Positions 25,300-37,222 of a stretch of DNA of 64,000 bases are shown here, piece after piece. The position numbers and the translations under genes were made by a program. The DNA comes from Mobula hypostoma. Taxonomy: Eukaryota. The notes beneath the pieces were generated by a model. That model saw only the letters and a program-made list of their open reading frames with translations, did not search any database and was not told where the DNA came from. How positions within the stretch are numbered: position 1 is the first letter of the stretch; every line of letters starts with the position of its first letter. The DNA lies in the NCBI RefSeq assembly GCF_963921235.1, contig NC_086097.1, forward strand, positions 151,654,001-151,718,000, given 5' to 3'.

Positions 25300-28061
25300 T
25301 AGAACATAGAACATAGAACATAGAATAGTACAGCACAGTATAGGCCCTTCGGCCCACAATGTTGTGCCGACCCTCAAACCCTGCCTCCCATATAAGCCCC
25401 CACCTTAGATTCCTCCATATACCTGTCTAGTAGTCTCTTAAACTTCACTAGTGTATCTGCCTCCACCACTGACTCAGGCAGTGCATTCCATGCACAAACC
25501 ACTCTCTGAGTAAAAATCCTTCCTCTAATATCCCCCTTGAACTTCCCACCCCTTACCTTAAAGCCATGTCCTCTTGTATTGAGCAGTGGTGCCCTGGGGA
25601 AGAGGTGCTGGCTATCCACTCTGTCTATTCCTCTTATTATCTTGTACACCTCTATCATGTCTCCTCTCATCCTCCTTCTCTCCAAAGAGTAAAGCCCTAG
25701 CTCCCTTAATCTCTGATCATAATGCATACTTTCTAAACCAGGCAGCATCCTGGTAGATCTCCTCTGTACCCTTTCCAATACTTCCACATCCTTCCTGTAG
25801 TGAGGTGACCAGAACTGGACACAGTACTCCAAGTGTGGCCTAACCAGAGTTTTACAGAGCTGCATCATTACATCGGAATTCTTAAACTCTATCCCTCGAC
25901 TTATGAAAGCTAACCCACCATAAGCTTTCTTAACTACCCTATCCACCTGTGAGGCAACTTTCAGGGATCTGTGGACATGGTACCCCCAGATCCCTCTGCT
26001 CCTCCACACTACCAAGTATCCTGCCATTTACTTTGTACTCTGCCTTGGAGTTTGTCCTTCCAAAGTGTACCACCTCACACTTCTCCGGGTTGAACTCCAT
26101 CTGCCACTTCTCAGCCCACTTCTGCATCCTATCAATGTCTCTCTGCAATCTTTGACAATCCTCTACACTATCTACAACACCACCAACCTTTGTGCTGTCT
26201 GCAAACTTGCCAACCCACTCTTCTACCCCCACATCCAGGTCGTTAATGAAAATCACGAAAAGTAGAGGTCCCAGAACAGATCCTTGTGGGACACCACTAG
26301 TCACAATCCTCCAATCTGAATGTACTCCCTCCACCACCATCCTCTGCCTTCTGCAGGCAAGCCAATTCTGAATCCACCTGACCAAACTTCCCTGGATCCC
26401 ATGCCTTCTAACTTTCTGAATAAGCCTACCGTGTGGAACCTTGTCAAATGCCTTACTAAAATCCATATAGATCACATCCACTGCACTACCCTCATCTATA
26501 TGCCTGGTCACCTCCTCAAAGAACTCTATCAGGTTTGTTAGACACGATCTGCCCTTCACAAAGCCATGCTGACTGTCCCTGATCAGACCATGATTCTCTA
26601 AATACCTATAGATCCTATCTCTAAGAATCTTTTCCAACAGCTTTCCCACCACAGACATAAGGCTCACTGGTCTATAATTACTCGGACTATCCCTACTACC
26701 TTTTTTGAACAAGGGAACAACATTCGCCTCCCTCCAATCCTCCGGTACCATTCCTGTGGACAACGAGGACATAAAGATCCTAGCCAGAGGCTCAGCAATC
26801 TCTTCCCTCACCTCGTGGAGCAGCCTGGGGAATATTCAGTCAGGCCCCGGGGACTTATCTGTCCTAATGTATTTTAACAACTCCAACACCTCCTCTCCCT
26901 TAATATCAACATGCTCCAGAACTTCAACCTCACTCATATTGTCCTCACCATCATCAAGTTCCCTCTCATTGGTGAATACCGAAGAGAAGTATTCATTGAG
27001 GACCTCGCTCACTTCCACAGCCTCCAGGCACATCTTTCCACCTTTATCTCTAATCGGTCCTACCTTCACTTCTGTCATCCTTTTTTTCTTCACATAATTG
27101 AAGAATACCTTGGGGTTTCCTTTACCCTACTCACCAAGGCCTTCTCAGCCCCTTCTTGCTCTTCTCAGCCCCTTCTTAAGCTCCTTTCTTGCTTCCCTAT
27201 ATTCCTCAATAGACCCATCTGATCCCTGCTTCCTAAACCTCATGTATGCTGCCTTCTTCCACCTGACTAGATTTTCCACCTCACTTGTCACCCATGGTTC
27301 CTTCACCCTACCATTCTTTATCTTCCTCACTGGTACAAATTTAACCCTTACATCCCGCAAGAGATCTCTAAACATCGGCCACATGTCCATAGTACATTTC
27401 CCTGCAAAAACATCATCCCAATTCACACCCGCAAGTTCTAGCCTTATAGCCTCATAATTTGCCTTTCCCCAATTAAAAATTTTCCTGTCCTCTTTGATTC
27501 TATCCTTTTCCATGATAATTATTAGGCCAGGGAGCAGTGGTCACTGTCCCCCAGATGCTCACCCACTGAGAGATCTGTGACCTGACCCAGTTCATTACCT
27601 AGTACTAGATCTAGTATGGCATTCCCCCTGGTCGGCCTGTCCACATACTGTGACAGGAATCCATCCTGGACACACTTAACAAACTCTGCCCCATCTAAAC
27701 CCTTGGAACTAATCAGGTGCCAATCAATATTAGGGAAGTTAAAGTCACCCATGATAACAACCCTGTTATTTTTGCACTTTTCCAAAATCTGCCTCCCAAT
27801 CTGCTACCAGAGGGCCTATAGAATACCGCCAGTAGAGTAACTACTCCCTTCCTGTTCCTGACTTCCACCCATATTGACTCAAAATCCTGCTACATTGCCC
27901 ACCCTTTCTGTAGCTGTAATAGTATCCCTGACCAGTAATGCCACCCCTCCTCCCCTTTTTCCGCCCTCTCTATCCCTTTTAAAGCACTGAAATCCAGGAA
28001 TATTGAGAATCCATTCCTGCCCTGGTGCCAGCCAAGTCTCTGTAATGGCCACTACATCATA
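25300..28061 (-). mobile_element. Young CR1, 5'-truncated, near-complete ORF2 with frameshifts
   Basis: ORFs 27522-27785, 27145-27513, 26836-27093, 25939-26811 and 25374-26027. The RT carries [10 protein letters not shown], but the catalytic motif reads FADS instead of FADD. (agaacat)n tail. Confidence 0.97.
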
Positions 28062-28519
28062 CTTTGCACTGGCTCCTTAACCTCATTCCCCTTCTTGTTG
28101 TCACCCGGTTTCCTGTGTCCTGCACCTTGGATATAATTACCTCGGTTTCTGTCCTACCCTTCACCCCTTCAGCCTCCCAAATGCTCTGGAATTCATCCAG
28201 TTCCAGCTCCAACTCCTTAATGCGGTTTGTTAGAAGCTGCAGCTGGATGCATTTCTCTCAGTTGTAGTGGTCAGGGACACTGGAGGTCTCCCTGCCTTCC
28301 CACATCCCACAAAAGGAGCATTTCACTATTCTGGAAGTCATCTCTACTGTCCTAGCTGAGCAGATATAAAGAAGAGAAGGAATAAAACTTGAGCTATTCT
28401 TTCCTTTGCTTTCTCTGAGTGAAGCCTCTCTACACAGAAGGCTTGAAGAACTAAAGTCTTAAGATCACCTCTCTGACTATGTCCACTTGGACGACGGCTG
28501 TTGTAGGGATTGCTCTTAC

Positions 28520-29780
28520 TACTCAATCCCGAGTGCCGATGGGTTGCTGGTCGAAACTGTATAAGGCTGCTGCGACCCACTCTTGCCTGTTATCCTCGAG
28601 CAGAGGACTTGATTGAAACCTCCTCCTCTCGAAACTTCCGATGTCTGAATTGGCTGCTGGTCAAAGTTCTTTTCTGACAGACAGTACTGGGTATAATCTT
28701 TCCTGATTCCCACTTGTTAACTTTGTTGTTCAACGCTTCCTACTTTCCCCCGTCACCTTCTTCAACATTAATTCCATTGGCTGCTACCCAGTGAACACGC
28801 ACCTGCTGGGCCTTATCCTGTTTACTTTTCAATCTGCCCAGATCCTTGACTAATTCATCCTTGTATTGGTTTCATTATTCTGCCTGTTCTTCTCCCACAC
28901 CTCTCTCTCTGTAAGTATTCTAAGTATTTCTTCAGTCTGTCCAACTCTGCTTGAACACTGTCTCACTGTTGTCTGTCTTCACCCCTTTGCTTTTGTTGTT
29001 CTACTATTTGTACACTATGTGATTCCAGGCACCTTGTTCTCTCTTACAAGTATACATGACATAGAATAACTGCTGTTTTATTTCCCTTCCTCTTTGATTG
29101 GTTTTTCCACCACTGCCAGTGTTCCTCCAGGCTCCAAGTCTTTATGAACCCGGCTTTGACAATTCAATGTTCAGCCTTCTCAAGTTTATGGAGTAAGTGC
29201 TCTGTGAGTTCTTCCTCTTATAATTGAGCCATAACATTGGAGTATCCCTTTTATTTAGAAAGTTAAATATTTCTGCACTATCATCTGTCTTCGGCTTTGA
29301 ATTTTTGGCTTTCTCACTCATAGTCACAAACAATTCCTGATCAGTGAGTAACCACCTTTCACAAGTGGGGGTCCTGACTCGACCAACTACCCAGTGCTGT
29401 ATGGTAGCTGGTCCCTTACACAAGATACAGAAACACACATGCCCCACACTTTTATATCCACCAATTCAGCTCTCTGCCATGTCCTTTGATAACTCCGTGA
29501 TCCCGTGGTCGTTGGCCTAAACAGACTTTTAAAAAATACTTACCCTTTGCACTACAGAAGTCACTGGCCACACAGTGGGTCATGGCCATATCCCGTACGA
29601 GCTCTTAAATGACTGTGATCAAAGTTACTGCAAAGACGCTGAAGCTGGTAATATAGAAGTCTTTATTCGCCACAACAAGCAGGAAGAGTCTCGCAGACCC
29701 AAAGGTACATCACAATTTCATATGCTTAAGATAAAAGATAACAATGGGATATTCAAAACAATTTCAATAGTTACAATAAA
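28520..29780 (-). mobile_element. Probable endogenous retrovirus 5' end (partial LTR, tRNA-Pro PBS, splice donor, decayed gag-like region)
   Basis: On the minus strand: AATAAA at 29662-29667, LTR-end CA at 29610-29611, TT spacer, PBS TAAGAGCTCGTACGGGAT at 29590-29607 (14/18 to the tRNA-Pro PBS), donor AGG|GTAAGT at about 29543, and LYPVL at 28682-28696. Confidence 0.65.
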
Positions 29781-30313
29781 TGTGAAGGAGGGTACACAGG
29801 GCGGGGAGGGGGAAATGAAGGGAAAAGGTTTCTTTCTTTCTTTTTCTTCTTTTTCCAATATTTTTATTAAATTTCATATACACAAATACAGAATTCATAA
29901 GGATACTTATAAATCAAAATAAGGTAGCACAAATATATATAAATCACTATATAATGCACTATACATAAATCACACCGATACAATCACGGTATCCCATATT
30001 TATGATCAATTAAATAAAATGAGTTGAATTATGAAATACAATAGTATGGTTAATTATATTATAAAAAAATCTACACCCACTAACAAGACAAAGCTGGTAG
30101 GTAAAAAAAAAAGAAAAAAAAAGAGTACTTAACCATATAGTGTTTTATAATAATAGCCCAGATCTATATTTTAATAACAATAACAATTCAAAGATTTTCA
30201 AAATAGTTCAGGAAGGGTCCCCATATCATTTGAAAATCTTGATTAGAATCAGAAGTCGAACAATGAATCTTCTCTAAATTTAAACATGACATAACATCAC
30301 ATAACGATTGAAC

Positions 30314-30340
30314 GTGTGTGTGTGTGTGTGTGGGGGGGGG
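30314..30340. repeat. (GT)n microsatellite plus G run inside the L1 3' end
   Basis: gtgtgtgtgtgtgtgtgtggggggggg. Confidence 0.9.
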
Positions 30341-32188
30341 CAACCTCCTTCCATTTAAGCAAGATTGCCCTCCTAGCCAAAAGAGGAATAAAAGCCAGTA
30401 CTTGGAAATGAGAAGGCTCCAAAATTATAGCTCTTTCCTCAACAATAGCTAATAAGGCAGTCAAAGGATTGCGCTTAAAATTAACTTTAAAAAGTACAGA
30501 AAAAGTTTGGAATACATCTCTCCAATATTTTTCAAGGCTTGAACATGACCAAAACATAGAATTAATGAAGACTCTCTGTTATTACATCTGTCACAGAAAG
30601 GAGATATATCTGCAAAAAAACGAGAGAGTTTGTCTTTAGACATATGAGTCCTATGTACCACTTTAAATTGTAGGAGGGAATGACGGGCACAGTATGATGA
30701 AGAATTAACCATTTTGAAAGTAGCCCTCCAGGTCTCATCAGATAATGAAGTCTGTAAATCCTTTTCCCAATCTTTTTTAATTTTGTCTAAAGGAGCCGGA
30801 ATAAAAACAGGTACGACTTGAAAAAGGTATATAAATTTAGGTAAAATATTCATTTTATTAGAATTAATTTGACCAATCAATGATAAAGAGAGAGGCGACC
30901 AATTAGAAAGTGTCTTTTTCACATAATTCATTAAGGTTAGAAAATTTTCTTTGAATAAATCTTTATAATTCTTAGTGATTGTTACACCTAAATATGTAAA
31001 TTGTTTTCTTACAATTTTAAAAGGAAGGTTAATATCGGTTGGTATCAAATTATTTAAAGGAAACAATTCACTCATGTAAATTCAATTTATATCCTGAAAA
31101 CTGACTAAAATTAGTCAGTGAAAGAAACATAAATGGTAAGGAAGTTGTAACATTAGATATAAAAAGCAATAGGTCATCAGCATAAAGCGAAACTTTATGA
31201 ATAGTACCTTTCCTTAAGATACCAGTAATATCTTTAGACCCTCGAAAGACAATGCTGAAGGTTCTAATACCAAATCAAAAAGCCAAGGGCTCAACGGACA
31301 TCCTTGTCTGGTTCCACATTGGAGCTTAATTGATTTAGAATTCTGGAAGTTAGTAAGGACGCAAGCAGAGGGAGATAAGTTAAGTAATTTAATCCAAAGA
31401 ATAAAATTGGGCCCAAAATTAAATTTTTCTAAGATTTTAAATAGGTAATTCCATTCAACATGGTCAAAAGGCTTCTCCGCATCCAGAGAAATCACACATT
31501 CTGATATTTCCTTGGATGGAGAATGCATAACATTTAACAATTGCCGTATATTAAAATGGGAATATCGATTTTTAATAAATTCTGTCTGATCATCAGATAT
31601 TATAGAAGGTATAATATTCTCGAGTCTATGGGCCAAAATTTTAGATAGGATCTGAGCATCAACATTAGGTAAAGAGATTGGTCTATATGAAGAGCATTTA
31701 GTGCGATTCTTATTCTTTTTAAGAATAAGCGAAATGGAAGCTTCATAAAAAGACTATGGCAACCTACGCACCTTGAAGGAATCAGTAAGGGTAGAACATA
31801 AATAAGGTATAAGCAATGAAGGAAAAGCCTTATAAAATTCTTCAGTGAATCTGTCAGGTCCTGTAGATTTCCCAGAATGCAATGAACGTATAGCCTCAGT
31901 GATTTCCTTCTGAGAAATAGGTTGATCCAACTACTTCCGATTATCAACCGGAAGTCCAGGAATATATAATTGATCTAAAAAATTGTTCATTTCAGTATTA
32001 TCTTCAAAAAACTCAGAACTATGCAGTTTAGAATAAAATTCTCTAAAAGTGTCATTTATTTCAAAATAGTCAGTTGTCAAATCACCACTGCTTTTGCAAA
32101 TTTCTTTAATTTGCTGTTTAGCTATAAAGGTCTTCAATTGATTAGCCAATAGTTTACCAGTTTTATTCTCCATGTATATAGAATTGGC

Positions 32189-32800
32189 TTAGACCATAAA
32201 ACAAAGAAGCAGAAGTCGGCCATTTGGCCCATCGAGTCTGCTCCGCCTTTTTATCATAAGCTGATCCATTCTCCCATTTAGTCCCACTCCCCCGCCTTCT
32301 CACCATAATCTTTGATGCCCTGGCTACTCAGATACCTATCAATCTCTGCCTTAAATACACCCAATGACTTGGCCTCCACTGCTGCCTGTGGCAACAAATT
32401 CCATAGATTCACCACCCTCTGGCTAAAAAAATTTCTTCGCATTTCTGTTCTGAATGGGCGCCCTTCAATCCTTAAGTCATGCCCTCTCGTACTAGACTCC
32501 CCCATCATGGGAAACAACTTTGCCACATCCACTCTGTCCATGCTTTTCAACATTCGAAATCTTTCTATAAGGTCTCCCCTCATTCTTTGAAACTCCAAGG
32601 AATACAGTCCAAGAGCAGACAAACATTCCTCATATGTTAACCCTCTCATTCCCAGAATCATTCTAGTGAATCTTCTCTGTACCCTCTCCAACATCAGCAC
32701 ATCCTTTCTTAAATAAGGAGACCAAAACTGCCCACAGTACTCCAAGTGAGGTCTCACCAGTGCCTTATAGAGCCTCAACATCACATCCCTGCTCCTATAC
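32189..32800 (-). mobile_element. Young CR1 3' end inserted in L1 ORF2
   Basis: ORF 32278-32784 LYKALVRPHLEYC...RRNFFSQRVVNLWN. The L1 frame ILKDRS|QFYIHG rejoins across it. Confidence 0.95.
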
Positions 32801-35460
32801 TTCTATCTTTTAAAATTTGGCTTTCAGTTGGATACGTTACAAGAAAATCATAGTTAGTTTTAATTTCAATACGTCTTTTGTATAGTTCAGGGTCTGGTGC
32901 CAAAGTATATTTCTGTTCTAATTGTTTTAATTGATTGACTAAGTCAGTTTTCTCTTTATTAGCTTTTTTCTTAACATATGCAGTATAGGTGATAACTTGT
33001 CCTCTAATATATGCCTTAAAAGCATCCCAAATAATAAGACTAGAAGTCTCTTCCAATGCATTTTCATCAAAAAAAAAGATTAATTTGATTCTCCAGAAAT
33101 TTTAGAAAGTCCTTATCAGATAACGAAGTTAAATTAAAACACCAGGATCTGTTCATATGAGTGAAACCAGGAAGATTTAAAGATAGGAATACAGGAGAAT
33201 GGTTGGATACAGCTATTTCTTTATATTCAATGGATCGAACTAATGAAATCATTTGACTATCAATAAAAAAAATCAATCCTGGTATAGGAATGATGGACAT
33301 GAGAGAAGAATGAATACGTCCTTTCTGCTGGGTAAAAAAAAAGCCAGATATCAACAATATCACATTTTATTAGAAAGGATTGAATAAATAAAGCTGATTT
33401 ATTAGGTGTGGTTGATTTAGGAGAAGAACGATCTAATACTAGGTCTAGACAATAATTAACAACCCCCCATCACTAAAGAATAAAGACTCAAATCTGGCAG
33501 GAATGAAAATAAACGCTCAAAAAATCCTGGGTCATCCACATTGGGGGCATACACATTAGCAAGTTCAATTAATTTATTGTCTAGTTTTCCTGACGCTATG
33601 ACAAATCGCCCATTAGGGTCAGAGACAACTTTATGTTGAACAAAAGAAATGGTATTGTCTATAAAAATCAAGACCCCTCAAGATTTTGCTCTGAATGAAC
33701 AATGAAATTGTAAACCCCTCCACCGATTAAAAAGGCGTGCGTTGTCACAACAACATACATACGTTTTTTGTAGAAAAATAAGGGGGGCCCTTAACATTTT
33801 AATATAAGCAAAAATCTTATTCCGTTTCACAGGATGATTTAACCCTTTCACATTAAAACTAAGTAAGTTAACATTTCGATCCATTTTAAATACTAATTAA
33901 CAGAAGAATTAAAAGAGCTGATCATAAATTATTAGAACCAGCGAATGAACCATAAAATAAGGTACTCAAACAGAGAAATTGGATGGTAGCCCAACCCAGC
34001 TTCCAGAGAAAAAAGAAAAAAGAGATCGCACCTCCCTCGCCCTCCCAAAGTCAAAAAGCCGGACAAAGTACAGTTGGCATGCTAAACCCTAAAGACAACC
34101 CTCCCAAAGAAATCCTGCTGGCAAAACTCCAGTCATTCAAGGTTACTATGTTCCTACCAAGACAAAACAGACACAAAAAAAACTTAGATCAGAAATCCAA
34201 AACATAAGAGGATTCATTTTAACAATTTCAAAAAAAATATATAGAAAAACCTCAAAAAAAGAATGTAATAAAAAAAATCAAAGAAAATATCAAAAAACAA
34301 GATATATAAACAGTCAAAACATAAATTTATTAAACCTTATTCTATCCAACATTAAAAAGATAATTGCTCTTGTACGAGATATAACGCAATTAATCTTCTG
34401 CTTTCAAAAACTTCTGTGCATGTTCAACCGATCCCAGCCATTTCTGCATACCATTTTTCTGACGTGCAGGGAAGCGAAGGGGGGGGTTTAAACCTCTCAT
34501 AGACATAATACAGCAATATTGAGATTTATAATAAGGTTTCAAAAACTGGTAGGAAGCAAAAAGATAAATAAGGTAGGAGCAAGTTCAAAAAGATGTTACC
34601 CCATCAGCTGCCAGCAGGGCTCTCCTAAAGGTTTCTATAGTAGATAGAACTGAGAGGTTCATGTTGAGATGTGGGTTTGGAGGGCTTATAGCGACAAGAG
34701 TGTTACTATGGCCTCTATTTGTATTGTGTTAAGTTGCAATTGTGTGATTGTGTTTAGCTGACAATTTGATACATCAGATTTGTTCCCCATTTTCCTTCCT
34801 TCTGACTTTATTGGTAATCAAATCCAGGACAACTGTATAAGTGACAATCAATTCAATATCACTTGTTTACATCATCACCCAAAGTTACAAATTAATCCTC
34901 TTGAGAGACACAAATAACATTTTGTACTCATGCGGATCCACCTCTGCCAGCAACCACCACTGGGGATTTGTGAGGTTGTGTGTTCCAATTATTAACTTGC
35001 AACATCAGTGTTGTTACTGTCACTACACCACAGGTGGTCAGAACAGCCATATTTACAATTATTCCCAGCTGTACTAAAAGGGGAAAAACAAGACCATCTT
35101 CTCCAGTTCCAGAGGCTAATTTTACCAAGTTGTTTTCCTCACATTTCTGCTGTTGAATTGAAAGATATTGTAACTTTAGCTTGACACTTACCCTCTTAAA
35201 GGCAATGTGTCTTAAAGAAACATTAATGTATTCTCAGCTGTGGTCTGTTGATGCTCAGTACATAATGCTCCAAACACTCTAACGCAAGTAAATATTGGAA
35301 TATGTGATAAATAAATATTAATATTTACAGAACTTACTTTACTTTTGTCAGTTTAATCTATCCACATTTTTATTCCATCACAACCTCAAATCCTTAGATT
35401 AATTCTAAGCTTCCAGCGCTAATTGTCCTGCAGCAAATATGATATAAAAACAGTGGAACT

Positions 35461-35697
35461 TGTTGTGTATTTAATATTTCAGTAAAAATTGAGTAATACT
35501 GTAAATATATTGTTCGATTAAGCATTTTGTGATGTTTAAATATATTGTGTGTTATATGTAAAGGTATGTGAATAGCATACGTCATCACGCCCCCCATGTC
35601 ATATGCACGCGCCTTGTTAAAAATAAAAACAAAGTTTACACGCACCTCTCAAGCTCCCTTGTTTTTCCTTTGATTTTAGGAATTACAAAACATAACC
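35461..35697 (+). mobile_element. Probable Gypsy LTR
   Basis: Begins tgttgtgt, ends aacataacca, has an internal AATAAA, and lies just upstream of a Gypsy pol. Confidence 0.55.
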
Positions 35698-36435
35698 ATA
35701 TACATATCTTTTGCTTGCATGGTGGGTGGTGGGAATGCTGATGCTTTATGTTAGAATAAGTGGGGGATGGGGAGGGGGGAGCATTGATACTGCTTGAGCG
35801 TGGGAGGGGAGCAGGGGGCTTTAGTTTTTATGTATTTTTCTGTCATTCATTTTTGGGAGTTATTCTTCTGTTTCGAGGATGTCTGCAGAGAGTAAGAATT
35901 TCAGGTTGTAAATAAAAGTGCCACATCCAAGTTTGCAAACCCATCTGGTTTCTTATGCCATCTGTGATAAGGTAGCTAGTGATCTAGACCACATGGAAGC
36001 TGAAGGAATTCTTTCTAAGATTGAGTGGAGTCCATGGGCAACACCAGTGGTCCTAATAGCCAAGAAGAATGGGTCTGTCAGGATCTGTGGTCATTTTGAG
36101 GTCACTGCCAACCTAGTGCAGAAAGCAGATCAAAGCCTTCTGCCCAGGATAAAGGATATCTTTTCAAACTTTTCTGGAAGGAAATACTTCAGCACAGTGG
36201 ACTTAGCTAAGGCCTACCTACAGATGGAGATAGGAGAAGAGTCTAAAGTTCTTCTCACCATAAACACTCACAAAGGGCTTTATCACTATAATAGGCTTAT
36301 TTTTGGAGTAGCATCTGCACCTGCACTCTGGCGGAAAGCCATAGACCAGGTACTGCAAGGCTGCCCAGTCACGCAGTGTTACTTGGTTGACATCCCTGTT
36401 ACCGATAAATATGACAAGGAACAGCTCTAAAATCT

Positions 36436-36736
36436 CATCCATTAGTCTTGCGAGACCATGGATCTGCACCTGCAAAGTCTTCATTCTCCAAGGCGCAGGC
36501 CTGGGCAAGGTTGTATGGAAGACCAGCAGTTGCCCATGCTGCAAGTGTCCCCTCTCCACGACACCAATGTTGTCCAAGGGAAGGGCATTAGGACCCATAC
36601 AGCTTGGCACCAGTGTCGTTGCAGAGCAATGTGTGATTAAGTGCCTTGCTCAAGGACACAACATGTTGCCTCGGCTGGGGCTCGAACTCACAACCTTCAG
36701 GTCGCTAGTCCAAAGCCTTAACCACTTGGCCACGTG
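36436..36736 (-). mobile_element. tRNA-derived CORE-like SINE
   Basis: Minus strand: A box TGGCCAAGTGG, B box GAGTTCGAGCC, CORE-like GTGTCCTTGAGCAAGGCACTTAA, 3' end GATCCATGGTCTCGCAAGACTAATGGAT. The Gypsy RT rejoins across it. Confidence 0.85.
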
Positions 36737-37090
36737 AGACTGTGTTAAAAAGATTAGAAGACTATGGGCTCAGAGCACGAAGAAACAAGTGGGAGTTTTT
36801 AAAACAAATGTCACTTATTATGGTCACATCATTGAAGCACAAGGATTACACAAGTGTGCCGAGAAAATTCAAGGAGCGGTAGAAGCCCAAAGCCAAAAGA
36901 TGTGTCACAATTGTGGTCCTTTTTAAGATTTGCCAATTACTATAACAGGTTCCTACCAATCCTGCCTACTGTGCACCACCCCTTGAACTCATTACTATAG
37001 ATCAGGAAGAAATGGTAATGAACTAAGCAGTGTGAGGTGACGTCCCAAAATGTCAGACACTGTATTCACAAATTATGATACACATCATCC

Positions 37091-37222
37091 TGCTGAAGGG
37101 TTTCAGCTCAAAACGTTGACTGCACTCTTTTCCCAGATGCTGCCTGGTCTGCTGAGTTCCTCCAGCATTTTGTGTATGTTGCTCAGATTTCTATCATCTG
37201 CAGATTTTCTCTTGTTTGTGAC
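37091..37222 (+). mobile_element. 132-bp Penelope-like terminal insertion beginning at a decayed hammerhead
   Basis: (c)tgctgaagggtttcagctcaaaacgttgactg...gatgctgcctggtctgctgagttcctccagc. TSD cacatcatcc / cacatcaccc at 37081-37090 and 37223-37232. Confidence 0.85.

Larger units (their letters stand above)
23229..28500 (-). mobile_element. CR1 5' part (5' UTR, ORF1 zinc-finger/coiled-coil plus esterase, start of APE), split by three nested insertions
   Basis: ORF1 ATG at 28341: MTSRIVKCSFCGMWE...YN*EKCIQLQLLTNRIKELELEL. Esterase pieces at 24823-25299 (AVVIEG..VRG, EVVVHVGT) and 23400-23560 (HLNWKGINI). The junctions rejoin cleanly once the inserts are removed. Confidence 0.85.
29834..34626 (-). 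mobile_element. L1-clade LINE with both termini, deleted ORF1 and frameshifted ORF2
   Basis: ORF2 motifs SFNVKGLNHPVKR, ANVYAPN, WDAFKAYIRG, GTRQGCPLSP, YADDLL, CDRC. A-rich tail at 29834. 10-bp TSD aaaggtttct at 29824-29833 and 34627-34636. Confidence 0.92.

Noticed and set aside
25374..26811. Long RT ORFs as a functional or domesticated gene
   Set aside because: 5'-truncated, frameshifted CR1 with the catalytic FADD changed to FADS.
35190..35280. Minus-strand AG...GTAAGT exon-like segment
   Set aside because: Stop codons in all three frames.
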